DNA of 64,000 nt from an uncultured Gammaproteobacteria bacterium (GTDB taxonomy: Bacteria > Patescibacteriota > Patescibacteriia > 2-01-FULL-39-33). The notes below the pieces were generated by a model. The model saw nothing but the letters and a program-made list of their open reading frames with translations. It was not told where the DNA came from and did no database searches. The translations under genes and the position numbers were made by a program. Below, piece by piece: positions 38,182 through 48,246 of the stretch. Each line of letters opens with the position of its first letter. Position 1 is the first letter of the stretch. The DNA is taken from the NCBI GenBank assembly GCA_964558935.1, contig CAZLFP010000001.1, forward strand, positions 5,299 through 69,298. The letters run 5' to 3'.

Positions 38182-40542
38182 ATGAACCTCAACATTTCCT
38201 ACAATTGGCTACAAGAATACGTTAAGACTAATCTGAGTCCGGAAGAATTTGCAGCTCAGCTGTCTTTGAGCGGTCCATCCATAGATCATGTCATTAAAGC
38301 TGAACCCAGCTTCACTAAAGTGGTGGTGGGTGAAATTAAGGAATTAAAACAGCATCCTAATGCAGATAAACTGCAATTATGTCAGGTGGATATCGGTAAA
38401 GAAACCTTACCCATTGTTTGTGGTGCTCCCAATATTAAAGTTGGACAAAAAGTGCCAGTGGCTTTGGTGGGTGGCCGAGTTGGTTCTTTTGAAATTAAAA
38501 AAGCTAAGATTCGAGGTGAAGAATCTCAGGGTATGTTGTGTTCCATGAAAGAATTGGAATTGGGTGAAGATCATACCGGGATATATATTCTACCGGATTA
38601 TACTCAAGTTGGTTTACCTTTGGAAAAGGTTATGCCAATTGAAGACTACATTTTAGATACAGAAATTACTTCCAATCGTCCGGATGCCATGAGTATTATT
38701 GGAGTGGCCAGAGAGGCAGCTGCTATTTTAAACGATAAATTCACTTACTCTGAGCCGGCTCCCAATTTAAAAGTAGTTAAAGATTTGAAGTTAAGTGTGG
38801 ATATTAAGGAAAAGAAATTGTGTTCTCGTTACCAAGGTATAGTGATGACAGATATTCAAGTAGAACCTTCTCCACTTTGGATGCAGCAAAGACTGTTGTC
38901 GGCCGGACTGCGGCCAATTAATAACTTGGTGGATATTACCAACTATATCCTCTTGGAATTTGGACAGCCCATGCATGTTTTTGACTATGACAAGATTAAG
39001 GGCAGTGAGATTAATGTCAGATTGGCCAAGAAAGGTGAAAAGATTTTAGCTTTAGATGGCAAAACATATGAATTAACAGATAGCAACTTAGTCATTGCCG
39101 ACAAAGAGAATCCGGTAGCAGTCGCTGGAGTTATGGGTGGAGAGTTATCGGCTGCTACTGAAGAAACTAAGAGTATTGTTTTGGAGGCAGCTACTTTTGA
39201 TGCAGTCTCGATTAGAAAAACCGCTCGTTTGTTAAATTTACATTCAGACAGTTCAGATCTTTTTGAAAAATCCCTTAAACCCCAGGCTACGACCCCGGCA
39301 CTGCTTAGAGCGGTTGAACTGGTTAAGGAATTGGCCAGTGGTCAAGTGGCTTCCAAGGTGTATGACGAGGGCAGTTATACTGACAGAACTCAAACCATTC
39401 ACTTAGACCTGCAAAGAGTTCAGGCAGTTTTAGGAGTCAACATTAAAGATTCTGAAGTGGTTAACATCTTAAGTCAGTTGGGTTTTGAAGTTAAGGGCAA
39501 GGATGTTCTGACAGTGACAGTGCCTTGGTGGAGAAACAAGGATATTGAAGGTGAACATGATTTAATTGAAGAAATCGCTCGAATCTATGGCTATTACAAG
39601 TTACCGGCTAATTTGCCGGTAGGAAGTTTGCCGGTGGATTTAACTTCAGATTTGGAATTTAAATGGGAAAGTAAAATTAAGATTGTTTTAACAGCATTGG
39701 GCTTAAATGAAATATGCAGTTATTCTTTTGTTTCCGAAAAGCAAATTAAGCATGCTGGCTTAAATTTGAGGGATTGTGTCAAAATTGCCAACCCTTTATC
39801 TTTTGACTATGAATACATGCGGAATTCCTTGTTGCCTGGGTTGCTTCAAGCAGTTGAAGAAAACCAGGGGACAAGTCAGGATATTAATCTATTTGAACTG
39901 TCCAAGATCTATTTGGCTAACAGAAATGATTTGCCGGATGAAATAATGCAGGTGGCGGCTGTCAGAGCCGGTAAGGATGAACAGGATGTATTTGTTAGAA
40001 TGAAAGGAGATTTGGAAACTTTGTTAGATAAGTTGAATATCGCCGAAGCTGAACTTGTCCAGTTGGAGAAAGAAGAAGCCTGCTGGCCGGCTAAGCAAGC
40101 CTTGGAAGTTAAAGTGGGAAGTGAAGTGGTTGGTAGGATCGGTTTAATTAATCAAGAGGTTTTGTACTTGTTTGGCATTAAGGTGGTTGTAGCCGCTTTT
40201 GAGCTTAATTTTGAGACTTTAATGAAATTGGCCAAACCCAGTGGCAGTTATACACCTCTGCCAAAGTATCCGTCAATTGAATTAGATTTATCTTTAGAAG
40301 TTTCTCAAGAAGTGTTGTATCAGTCAATTCAAAAAACAGTTCTCAGTATAGATGATTTAATTAAGTCTGTAGAATTCTTGTCTGTATACCAAGGTAAGGG
40401 AGTGGATGAGCATAAAAAAGCGTTGGCTGTTCGGATTGTGTACCAGTCTGAAGACAAAACTTTGAAAGCTGAAGAAGCTCAGCAAGTACATGACAGAGTT
40501 GTGGCAGAGCTGAAAAAAGTGTATAATGCAAAAGTAAGATAA
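38182..40542 (+). CDS. pheT: Phenylalanine--tRNA ligase beta subunit
   Basis: HPNADKL, VCGAPN, NRPD, INNLVDITNY, DLIEEIARIYGY. Confidence 0.97.
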   Translation: MNLNISYNWLQEYVKTNLSPEEFAAQLSLSGPSIDHVIKAEPSFTKVVVGEIKELKQHPNADKLQLCQVDIGKETLPIVCGAPNIKVGQKVPVALVGGRVGSFEIKKAKIRGEESQGMLCSMKELELGEDHTGIYILPDYTQVGLPLEKVMPIEDYILDTEITSNRPDAMSIIGVAREAAAILNDKFTYSEPAPNLKVVKDLKLSVDIKEKKLCSRYQGIVMTDIQVEPSPLWMQQRLLSAGLRPINNLVDITNYILLEFGQPMHVFDYDKIKGSEINVRLAKKGEKILALDGKTYELTDSNLVIADKENPVAVAGVMGGELSAATEETKSIVLEAATFDAVSIRKTARLLNLHSDSSDLFEKSLKPQATTPALLRAVELVKELASGQVASKVYDEGSYTDRTQTIHLDLQRVQAVLGVNIKDSEVVNILSQLGFEVKGKDVLTVTVPWWRNKDIEGEHDLIEEIARIYGYYKLPANLPVGSLPVDLTSDLEFKWESKIKIVLTALGLNEICSYSFVSEKQIKHAGLNLRDCVKIANPLSFDYEYMRNSLLPGLLQAVEENQGTSQDINLFELSKIYLANRNDLPDEIMQVAAVRAGKDEQDVFVRMKGDLETLLDKLNIAEAELVQLEKEEACWPAKQALEVKVGSEVVGRIGLINQEVLYLFGIKVVVAAFELNFETLMKLAKPSGSYTPLPKYPSIELDLSLEVSQEVLYQSIQKTVLSIDDLIKSVEFLSVYQGKGVDEHKKALAVRIVYQSEDKTLKAEEAQQVHDRVVAELKKVYNAKVR

Positions 40543-40569
40543 TATTTTTAACTTTTAAATCTAAATCCC

Positions 40570-40851
40570 ATGCTTGAAACATCAACCGACGTATTTTGGC
40601 TGGTTCTGTCTTTTGTCATATTTTGGATAGGTATTTTTGTGGGCTTGGCTTGTTATCATTTGGCCATGATCTTAAAAGATGCCAGAGAAGTAGTAAAAAA
40701 TATTAAGCGTAAGATTGAAATGGTGGATTCTATTCTGGCTATGTTTAAGGACAAGGCATCTAACACCATGAGCTATTTACCTGTCTTAATTAAGGGAGCA
40801 ACGAAAATTGTACAGACCTTTCAAAAGGAAGATAAGAGAAAGAAGAAATAA
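40570..40851 (+). CDS. Small membrane-anchored hypothetical protein
   Basis: N-terminal TM followed by helical region; terminator 40864-40892. Confidence 0.7.
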   Translation: MLETSTDVFWLVLSFVIFWIGIFVGLACYHLAMILKDAREVVKNIKRKIEMVDSILAMFKDKASNTMSYLPVLIKGATKIVQTFQKEDKRKKK

Positions 40852-40944
40852 GCATAAGTGATGAGGGGCGCGGTCAATAGCCGCGTCTTTTTTGACTAAA
40901 TAACGATAATCTTGTAATATTTAAGTATTAAATAAGTCTTACAT

Positions 40945-42432
40945 ATGACTCAGAAAACCACCCATGATGAGCGCCGTGACCGGATTGCTAAGTTAGATAA
41001 GATCAGGCAAGCCGGTGTTAATCCTTATCCGGAAAAATTCGACAAACAGCAGTCTTTAGCTGAAGCTAGAGAGCTTAAACTTGGCTCTAAGGTTAAAACA
41101 GCTGGCCGGATTATGACCAAAAGAACCATGGGTCAGATTGCCTTCTGTCATTTACAGGATTGGTCCGGTAAGATGCAGGTTGTTTTAAAGAAAGATGAAA
41201 TAGGGGATGAGAAGTTTAAGTTCTATTCCAAGTTAATTGACAATGCAGATTTTATCGGGGTGGAAGGAGAAGTTTTTAAGACTCAGAAAGGTGAGATTTC
41301 TGTTTTGGTTAAAGACTTTGTTTTTTTAGGCAAAGCGTTAAGGCCTTTGCCAGAGAAGTGGCATGGCTTAAAAGACCAAGATGCGATTTATCGTCAAAGA
41401 TATTTGGATTTGTTAATGAATGAGGATTCCAAGAAGACTTTTAAGTTTAGGAGTGATTTCATTAAAGCTGTGCGTGAATTCTATTGGCAACAAGGTTTTT
41501 CTGAAGTGGAAACTCAGACTTTGTTGCATTCTGCCACCGGGGCCACGGCTACACCCTACCAAACACATAATAATGCTTTAGATATTGATGTTTTTTTAAG
41601 AATTTCCCATGAATTGCCACTGAAAGAATTGATTGTGGGTGGCATGGAAAAGATTTTTGAATTGGGCAAAGCTTTTAGAAATGAGGGAGTGGATCCTTCT
41701 CATTTGCCGGAACATACGCATTTGGAACACTACTGCGCCTACTGGAATTTTGAAGATAATATTGAGTTTACGGAAAAGATGTTTGAATATTTGTTTGATG
41801 TTTTAAATCTGAGTCATGAATTGGAAGTAGAGGATAGGGAAGGCCAAAAACATGTCGTTAACTGGAAAACTCCTTGGCCAAGAGTGGATTTTATTGACAT
41901 GCTTAAAACAGATACGGGTATCGATATTATGCAGTATGAGGATGCTAAGAGTTTGTTGAAAGAAATTAAGCAGAACAAGATTGAATTTGAAGATATGGAT
42001 AAGATGACTTTAACCGGTTTGGTGGATAATTTATACAAAAAAGTATCTCGTCCCAAATTAATTAACCCGGTTATATTATATAACTATCCCAAGTACTTAC
42101 AGCCCTTGGCCAGAGTGAGTGATGAAAACAGTGATTTAGTGGATCAATTCCAATTGGTAGTGAATGGCTGGGAAGTGGTTAAGGCTTACAGCGAATTGGT
42201 CGATCCAATTGACCAAAAAGAAAGATTTAATCAACAGAACAGAGCAGCTAAGTCGGGAGATTCAGAGGTTATGGCCACAGATGACTCATTTGTGACTGCT
42301 TTGGAGCATGGTGCTCCGCCTATCTCCGGCTGGGGCATGGGTGTTGACCGGATGGTAGCTATTTTGTCGGGCCAGACAAATTTAAGAGACGTGGTTTTGT
42401 TTCCGCTTCTAAGGCCGGAAGATAAGAAATAA
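40945..42432 (+). CDS. lysS: Lysine--tRNA ligase (class II)
   Basis: PLPEKWHGL, YRQRYLDL, FRNEG, G.GMGVDR. Confidence 0.97.
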   Translation: MTQKTTHDERRDRIAKLDKIRQAGVNPYPEKFDKQQSLAEARELKLGSKVKTAGRIMTKRTMGQIAFCHLQDWSGKMQVVLKKDEIGDEKFKFYSKLIDNADFIGVEGEVFKTQKGEISVLVKDFVFLGKALRPLPEKWHGLKDQDAIYRQRYLDLLMNEDSKKTFKFRSDFIKAVREFYWQQGFSEVETQTLLHSATGATATPYQTHNNALDIDVFLRISHELPLKELIVGGMEKIFELGKAFRNEGVDPSHLPEHTHLEHYCAYWNFEDNIEFTEKMFEYLFDVLNLSHELEVEDREGQKHVVNWKTPWPRVDFIDMLKTDTGIDIMQYEDAKSLLKEIKQNKIEFEDMDKMTLTGLVDNLYKKVSRPKLINPVILYNYPKYLQPLARVSDENSDLVDQFQLVVNGWEVVKAYSELVDPIDQKERFNQQNRAAKSGDSEVMATDDSFVTALEHGAPPISGWGMGVDRMVAILSGQTNLRDVVLFPLLRPEDKK

Positions 42433-42446
42433 TATTATTTAAACAT

Positions 42447-43703
42447 ATGTTAGACATTAATCGTATCAGGGAGGAACAAGCAGTAGTTAAAATGGCGCTA
42501 CTTAAAAGAATGGAAGAAAAAGAAGTGGACCAAGCCTTGTCTTTGGTTTTAGCTTTGGACGAAGAAAGACGTCAGTATATTCAGAAGGCTGAAGACCTAA
42601 AAGCCGAAAGAAATAAGTATTCTAAAACCAAGCCCAGTCCTGAGATTATTGAAAAAATGAAGAGCGTAGGTGAAGACATTAAGAAATTGGATGAAAAATT
42701 AAAAACAACAGATGATAAGTTCATTCAAGCCATGTCAGAACTGCCAAATCTACCGGCTGAGGATGTGGTAGCCGGCGGCAAAGAAAATAACAAGATTGTT
42801 AAGACTTTTGGAGAACAACCCAAATTTGACTTTGAACCTAAAGATCATGTGGAATTAGCCACTGCTTTGGATATCATTGATTACGAAAGAGGAGTCAAGA
42901 TGTCCGGTAATGGTTTTTGGTGCTACAAGGGTAAGGGTGCTTTATTGGAGTGGGCTGTTTTAAGCTACTTCATAGATTTCCATACTCAAAATGGTTACAC
43001 CTTCATGATCCCACCCTTTTTACTGACAGAAAAATCTGCTTACACTTCCGGTCATCTGCCCAAATTCAGAGATGATTTGTTTTGGACTCAGGACGATACC
43101 TGTTTGAACGCGACTTCAGAAATGATGTTGGGGAATTACCATCGAGATGAAATTTTAGAAGAGAAAGATTTACCTTTGAAATATTGTGCTTACTCTGCTT
43201 GTTTCAGACGCGAAGCCGGTTCGTATCGTAAAGAAGAAAGAGGCATGATTCGAGGTCATCAGTTTAACAAAATAGAAATGTTCCAGTTTACAGATAAAAA
43301 CAATTCTTGGCCGGCTTTTGACGAACTGGTTAAAAATGCGGAAGCCTTGGTGGAAGGCTTGGGACTGCATTACCAAACCACTTTACTCTCAGCCGGTGAT
43401 GCTTCAGCTGCCATGGCTAAGACTATGGATATTGAAGTATGGATTCCTTCCATGCAGGTATATAAAGAGGTTTCATCTGCTTCCAATGCTCTGGATTACC
43501 AAGCCAGACGTGGCAATGTCAGGTATAAAGATAAGCAGACAGGCAAGAATGAATTTGTACATACTTTAAATGCTTCAGGATTGGCAACTAGTCGGTTATT
43601 TCCGGCTATATTAGAACAGTTTCAGCAAAAAGATGGTTCAGTGATGATTCCAAAGGTTTTGCAACGTTGGACTGGCTTTGATCGGATTAAACCAACTAAA
43701 TAA
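42447..43703 (+). CDS. serS: Serine--tRNA ligase
   Basis: GHLPKF, ATSE, CFRREAG, RGHQFNKIE, HTLNASGLA. Confidence 0.97.
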   Translation: MLDINRIREEQAVVKMALLKRMEEKEVDQALSLVLALDEERRQYIQKAEDLKAERNKYSKTKPSPEIIEKMKSVGEDIKKLDEKLKTTDDKFIQAMSELPNLPAEDVVAGGKENNKIVKTFGEQPKFDFEPKDHVELATALDIIDYERGVKMSGNGFWCYKGKGALLEWAVLSYFIDFHTQNGYTFMIPPFLLTEKSAYTSGHLPKFRDDLFWTQDDTCLNATSEMMLGNYHRDEILEEKDLPLKYCAYSACFRREAGSYRKEERGMIRGHQFNKIEMFQFTDKNNSWPAFDELVKNAEALVEGLGLHYQTTLLSAGDASAAMAKTMDIEVWIPSMQVYKEVSSASNALDYQARRGNVRYKDKQTGKNEFVHTLNASGLATSRLFPAILEQFQQKDGSVMIPKVLQRWTGFDRIKPTK

Positions 43704-43714
43704 ATTTTTAAGAC

Positions 43715-43740
43715 AAAACCAGGACATCGGTCCTGGTTTT
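43715..43740 (+). terminator. Intrinsic terminator after serS
   Basis: AAAACCAGGAC/GTCCTGGTTTT. Confidence 0.85.
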
Positions 43741-43820
43741 AAGTTTGACTCAATTATAGAAATATGGTAGTTTAAGCATACTGAATGGTTGAAAACAACA
43801 CCGACAGGAGGGATAGATCC

Positions 43821-44741
43821 ATGAATCTAGCTCAATTTTTCGACCAATTCTGGGGTGCTACTTGGAGGAAAAATCCAGTCTGGTTTGAAGTTCAGATTGA
43901 CAAGATTAAAGAGAATATTTGGCCGGGCTGGACGTTGTTTAGCCGGATCTATGATCATCAACTTGGCGTGCTTAAAAAGCACAAATGTCCAGATGAGATA
44001 ATTGACAATTTAATGACTCAGAAGCAGGGAATATATGAGGCACTTTGCCAACTGACACCCATTCCTGGCTCATGTCATTTTTTACCGGTTATTCCGGCCA
44101 AGTGTTTGGACTTAAGGAAACAGATGAAAATGGTCAGATTTGCCAATTGTAGTGGTGAAGTTGATCCAAACTGCTCCCAAGATTACAAACAAGCGTCAGA
44201 CGTACCGGATCAGCCTTACTATGTCTTGGGTTTGGACGTTCATCAAGATCTAAGACATCGAATGCTCGATCTGTCCATTGCTCTGAATCGATTTCATCAT
44301 GAGCAAGATTCAGAAGGTATTAGCTGGCTTAAAGGCATTGATGACCAAACAATATTAAGATCGGTGATGCTGTGCCATGAGCTGTCCGGAGCTAAACCCA
44401 TTACGGCCTGTGAAGGCATTGCCATGGGCATTCACAGTCAAGACAGCTTTTTCTTGGGCAATGGTGCCAAGATCCACTGTCTGGGTTCCATTATCGAAGT
44501 TAATGGCCAGACAGATCCGGTTGAGATTTCCAAGGGTTATCCCGTGAAGTGTTGTCTAGAAGATTTTGGTTTTGACCGTGATAATGTCTCAGGTGATGAG
44601 ACTATTATGGTTAAGCATATGACCAACTGGCTGGCATCCATCAATTTCGTCCGTGACGATGCCGCGGTACTGGGTGGTATGATGACCAGCTTGGATCCCG
44701 GAGACTATTTCCCGTCTTGCCAGGTACGCGTCGCTGGTTAG
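43821..44741 (+). CDS. Hypothetical protein, DUF5701-like; start 43821
   Basis: TTGACT(43745)-17-TAGTTT; SD AGGAGGG; FLPVIP...QM.MV, P..PYY, T..EGIA...H, C.GS, PSC motifs recalled from that family. Confidence 0.6.
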   Translation: MNLAQFFDQFWGATWRKNPVWFEVQIDKIKENIWPGWTLFSRIYDHQLGVLKKHKCPDEIIDNLMTQKQGIYEALCQLTPIPGSCHFLPVIPAKCLDLRKQMKMVRFANCSGEVDPNCSQDYKQASDVPDQPYYVLGLDVHQDLRHRMLDLSIALNRFHHEQDSEGISWLKGIDDQTILRSVMLCHELSGAKPITACEGIAMGIHSQDSFFLGNGAKIHCLGSIIEVNGQTDPVEISKGYPVKCCLEDFGFDRDNVSGDETIMVKHMTNWLASINFVRDDAAVLGGMMTSLDPGDYFPSCQVRVAG

Positions 44742-44758
44742 ACTATTGGAGTGAGCTG

Positions 44759-45637
44759 TTATTGCTCACTCTTTTTATGTTCAGCGTTAAAAGGTAATAT
44801 GAGGCTAAACTGGCTGCCTTGTCCAGGACAATTAAGAACATTGATTTGAGCCTTAAAATCTGTCTTTAACATGTGTTTGGTTAAAGACAGACCCAGGCCG
44901 GTCTTGGTTTGGTTGGAGAAAAGAGGATCAAAAATTTTGTCTAACCGGCTTTTGTTAATACCTCCGGCTTGGTCACGAATGGTCAGATAATAATGAGTGG
45001 GCTGAACTTTAAGATTGATTTGGATAGTCTTGTCGGTGGTGTTTTGACCTTGGTAAGCTTCAATAATGTTGTTAAGTAGATTGATAATAATCTGACGAAA
45101 AGAATTCTGTCTGCCGAATAATTCAGCTTGGGGTGAGATATTGATAATAACTCGAATGTTTTCCTTGACTAAAGGATAGTGTAGGATATCTACGGCTTGT
45201 TCAAAGGTGGTTTTAAGATTAAAACATTGATCTATAAACTGATTTTGGAATTGAACTCGGTTAGATTCAATAACTTGTTGGATTTTTTGGCTGCAAGATA
45301 CAGCTTGGTTTAAAAAAGGATTGGCCTGCTGTTGCTCCAGTTGGTACAGACTCAAATTCAAGCCAGTCAGAGGATTGGATAAATCATGGAGTAGGCCGGT
45401 AGTTTGTTGTCCTAAACTGGCTAGTTGGTAGATCTGTAACAGTTGCAACTGTTTGTTGAGAATATCTTTTCTGACTTTAGATAGAATTGAGATAGTGATT
45501 AAAATACCGGCCAGTAAAGCCGGTATAAAGAAGATGGGGGAGAGTACTTTAATCAATGGTGAAGACACAAGGCCTAGCATTAATCCTGTTAATGCTCCTA
45601 TGCTGAGCCAAAGTTGTTGGTCTTTAGGTAAAAACAT
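44759..45637 (-). CDS. Sensor histidine kinase (two TM, no extracellular loop)
   Basis: H-box LLHDLSNPL, N-box INLLNN, DQAGGI, TGLGL. Confidence 0.9.
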   Translation of the reverse strand: MFLPKDQQLWLSIGALTGLMLGLVSSPLIKVLSPIFFIPALLAGILITISILSKVRKDILNKQLQLLQIYQLASLGQQTTGLLHDLSNPLTGLNLSLYQLEQQQANPFLNQAVSCSQKIQQVIESNRVQFQNQFIDQCFNLKTTFEQAVDILHYPLVKENIRVIINISPQAELFGRQNSFRQIIINLLNNIIEAYQGQNTTDKTIQINLKVQPTHYYLTIRDQAGGINKSRLDKIFDPLFSNQTKTGLGLSLTKHMLKTDFKAQINVLNCPGQGSQFSLILPFNAEHKKSEQ

Positions 45638-45641
45638 TATA

Positions 45642-46712
45642 TTACATGTCTCGATTAATCATATATTGGGCAATTTTATCTAAAAAGTCAATAGCGATCG
45701 GATTTAAATTTTTTTGTTTTAATTTGGGAATGTGTTCAAGAGCTTGTTCGGCATAGTGTTTTGAGATTTTTCTGGAATAATCCAAGGAGCCGGAGTCAAT
45801 CATGGCCTGTTTAGCAGCTTGAATATCTGCTTCAGTTGCCTGTTTTTGTCCCCAGACTTTGAGTAAAGCCTGTTTGTGCGTTTCAGATCCCAGATCAAAA
45901 GTCTTCATAATCAGCAGTGTACCCTTGCCCTGTAACAAGTCCGAATTGGCTGATTTACCTGTTTTAAGCGGATCTCCAAAAATACCCAAGATATCGTCTT
46001 GCAATTGGAAAGCAACACCGGCACTCATGGCATAGTCATGTAAAATATCTAAAATTGTTTGGTCCAAACCGGCCAAAATTGCTCCGATGGCCAGGGGATT
46101 GTCATAGGTATAGGTGGAAGTTTTGCTTTGATGAACAGCAATGATGTCAGCTTCTTGCCAATGGTCATGATGTTTTTCCAAATAAACGTCAAAGGCCTGA
46201 CCGTAGGCACAATGAGTTATGGATTTGAGCAGCTTAGCCATGGCTTGTGTTACCAATTCTGGATTGGAACTGGATCTTAACAGTAAATTATAGCCTAAAG
46301 TTAAAACTGCATCTCCAATATTGATAGCCATGGCATTGCCATAATGCTGGTCAATTTCTCCAAATACCTTATGAGTGGTTGGTTGACCTCTTCTCATCTC
46401 ATCCTGATCCATAAAATCATCATGCATCAGTAGGGCGGTGTGAACTAATTCCACAGCCATACCCGCGTAATAGATTTTGTCATCTACTTGGTCGGATTCT
46501 TGTCCAAGCAGATAACCGTAATAGACCAAGGCGGCTCGTAATCTTTTGGCTTTACGCAGATTATGCTCTTTTGCATGCTCAATTAAGGTTTTAACAAGCT
46601 CTTTTTGTTTCAAATTAAAACCAAAGTTGGCAGCCAATTCTTGATCCCAGTATGTGGCTAGTTTTTGGTCAAAAATCTCAGCTATCTGTTTAAGTTGTTG
46701 TTTAATATCCAT
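45642..46712 (-). CDS. Polyprenyl diphosphate synthase (GGPP synthase-like)
   Basis: ELVH..LLMHDDFMDQD..RRG, FQLQDDILG, GK...SDL..GK. Confidence 0.93.
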   Translation of the reverse strand: MDIKQQLKQIAEIFDQKLATYWDQELAANFGFNLKQKELVKTLIEHAKEHNLRKAKRLRAALVYYGYLLGQESDQVDDKIYYAGMAVELVHTALLMHDDFMDQDEMRRGQPTTHKVFGEIDQHYGNAMAINIGDAVLTLGYNLLLRSSSNPELVTQAMAKLLKSITHCAYGQAFDVYLEKHHDHWQEADIIAVHQSKTSTYTYDNPLAIGAILAGLDQTILDILHDYAMSAGVAFQLQDDILGIFGDPLKTGKSANSDLLQGKGTLLIMKTFDLGSETHKQALLKVWGQKQATEADIQAAKQAMIDSGSLDYSRKISKHYAEQALEHIPKLKQKNLNPIAIDFLDKIAQYMINRDM

Positions 46713-46719
46713 GTGGTAT

Positions 46720-47391
46720 TTATTCTGCTTCTATCTTGTACCCGCGTCCAGGTACGGTGTGAATTAATTTGGCTGTACTCTGTCGATCTATTTTTTTTCT
46801 TAAGTTTAAGATATGGGTTTCAATGGTATTGGAAAAAGGATCGGCATTCATGTCCCAGACGTGTTCCATGATATTGGAACGGGACAAGACAATACCTTCA
46901 TGCTGCATTAAATACTCCAGCAAGATGAATTCTTTTTTAGTTAAATAGATTTTTCTATCACCTCTTTTGACCACATGCTTTTTAGCGTCAATCATCAGAT
47001 CTGAAACATGTAATACCTCACTCAGCATGCTTTTAGGACGTCTGAGGATGGCTTTGATCCTGGCCATTAATTCATCTTGGGCAAAGGGTTTAGTCAAGTA
47101 ATCATCTACCCCGGCATTTAAAAGCTCAATCTTAGTGGGCAATTCAGTTTTAGCTGACAGTACTAAAATTGGTACTTTCAGACCATCTGATCTAATTTCG
47201 CGGCAGGTCATCAAACCATCTTGTTTGGGAAGCATTAAATCCAGTAAGATCAGATCATAGTCATTGGTTCTGGCTAAGAACGAACCTTTTTCGCCATCGT
47301 GAGCCAGATCCACCAAGAAACGTTCATTTTCTAAACTTAATTTCAAGGATTGGGCCAAGGTTAAATCATCGTCAATAATTAGAAGTCGCAT
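46720..47391 (-). CDS. OmpR/PhoB family response regulator
   Basis: LIIDDD, LLDLMLP, DDYLTKPF, LRKKID, TVPGRGY. Confidence 0.95.
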   Translation of the reverse strand: MRLLIIDDDLTLAQSLKLSLENERFLVDLAHDGEKGSFLARTNDYDLILLDLMLPKQDGLMTCREIRSDGLKVPILVLSAKTELPTKIELLNAGVDDYLTKPFAQDELMARIKAILRRPKSMLSEVLHVSDLMIDAKKHVVKRGDRKIYLTKKEFILLEYLMQHEGIVLSRSNIMEHVWDMNADPFSNTIETHILNLRKKIDRQSTAKLIHTVPGRGYKIEAE

Positions 47392-47651
47392 AAGCTCATA
47401 GTTATTAATTAGATTATTAAAGCCGAAAATGCTAAATAAATCAAGTCAAAAATACTAATTTGAGCTTACCCGTTATCTATTGATTGAAAGATCAATTAAT
47501 TATCAAGAAAATATCAAGATATTTAGGCCTAATTTAAGATATTTTTTGTTTAATATCAGTATTTATTGTATAATATATTAGAATTTTAAACAATTAATTA
47601 ACAAAAAAAGAGCCATCGCGATGATGACTCTTACTGGTCCGTAAACGAAAT

Positions 47652-48173
47652 TTAGTCTGTTAGATGCAATTCCAACTGGTCGGGATTGTCAGAATCATCC
47701 TGACTCAGGATCTCATCCCGACTCAGCAAACGTAGCGCCATCACTTCCGGACCAGGTCCCCAGAATTGCCGGAGCTCATTCAATTGCTGTTTATTGGGAC
47801 GGATACGATCTGACAGGTCCATCAGTTCGTAAATGACAGTGGCAATGGCTGGAGCCATTTCCAGTAGAATGTAGGCAATCTCTTCTTGGTCGCCCTGAAC
47901 GCCAGCCCGTGTCAGACCCAATTCCAAGGCAGCTTTGAGTTCATAGCTCCAGAGTCGAACTCGAAATTGTTTGGCTTGAGACAGAATGGTTTTGAGCTCC
48001 ATATCCGAGTCGAGCTGGTAGGGCAGAATATCATCTGCCAGCCCTTCAGACTGGAGTTGAGACAAATCTTGACCCTGTCTCATGGCATTAATCATGCCCG
48101 TAGTGAGCAGAGCCACGGTGTCCAGGACTTGCGCCTTTACGCATTGACGCTCGTTGTGAGCTTGTTCCGCCAT
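47652..48173 (-). CDS. Orphan hypothetical protein (own promoter, SD, terminator)
   Basis: Minus strand TTGACA(48244)-17-TAATAT; SD GGGAGG; terminator 47603-47631. Confidence 0.7.
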   Translation of the reverse strand: MAEQAHNERQCVKAQVLDTVALLTTGMINAMRQGQDLSQLQSEGLADDILPYQLDSDMELKTILSQAKQFRVRLWSYELKAALELGLTRAGVQGDQEEIAYILLEMAPAIATVIYELMDLSDRIRPNKQQLNELRQFWGPGPEVMALRLLSRDEILSQDDSDNPDQLELHLTD

Positions 48174-48246
48174 AGTGCTTTCCTCCCGTTGTTTTGCCTT
48201 AGGACCAGTATTTAAATATTACCACTATATATTATTTTTGTCAACC

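Noticed and set aside
22457-46712. Archaeal ether-lipid pathway (CarS-like gene plus GGPP synthase)
   Set aside because: The genes are over 22 kb apart, and no GGGP synthase, DGGGP synthase or G1P dehydrogenase is present in the window
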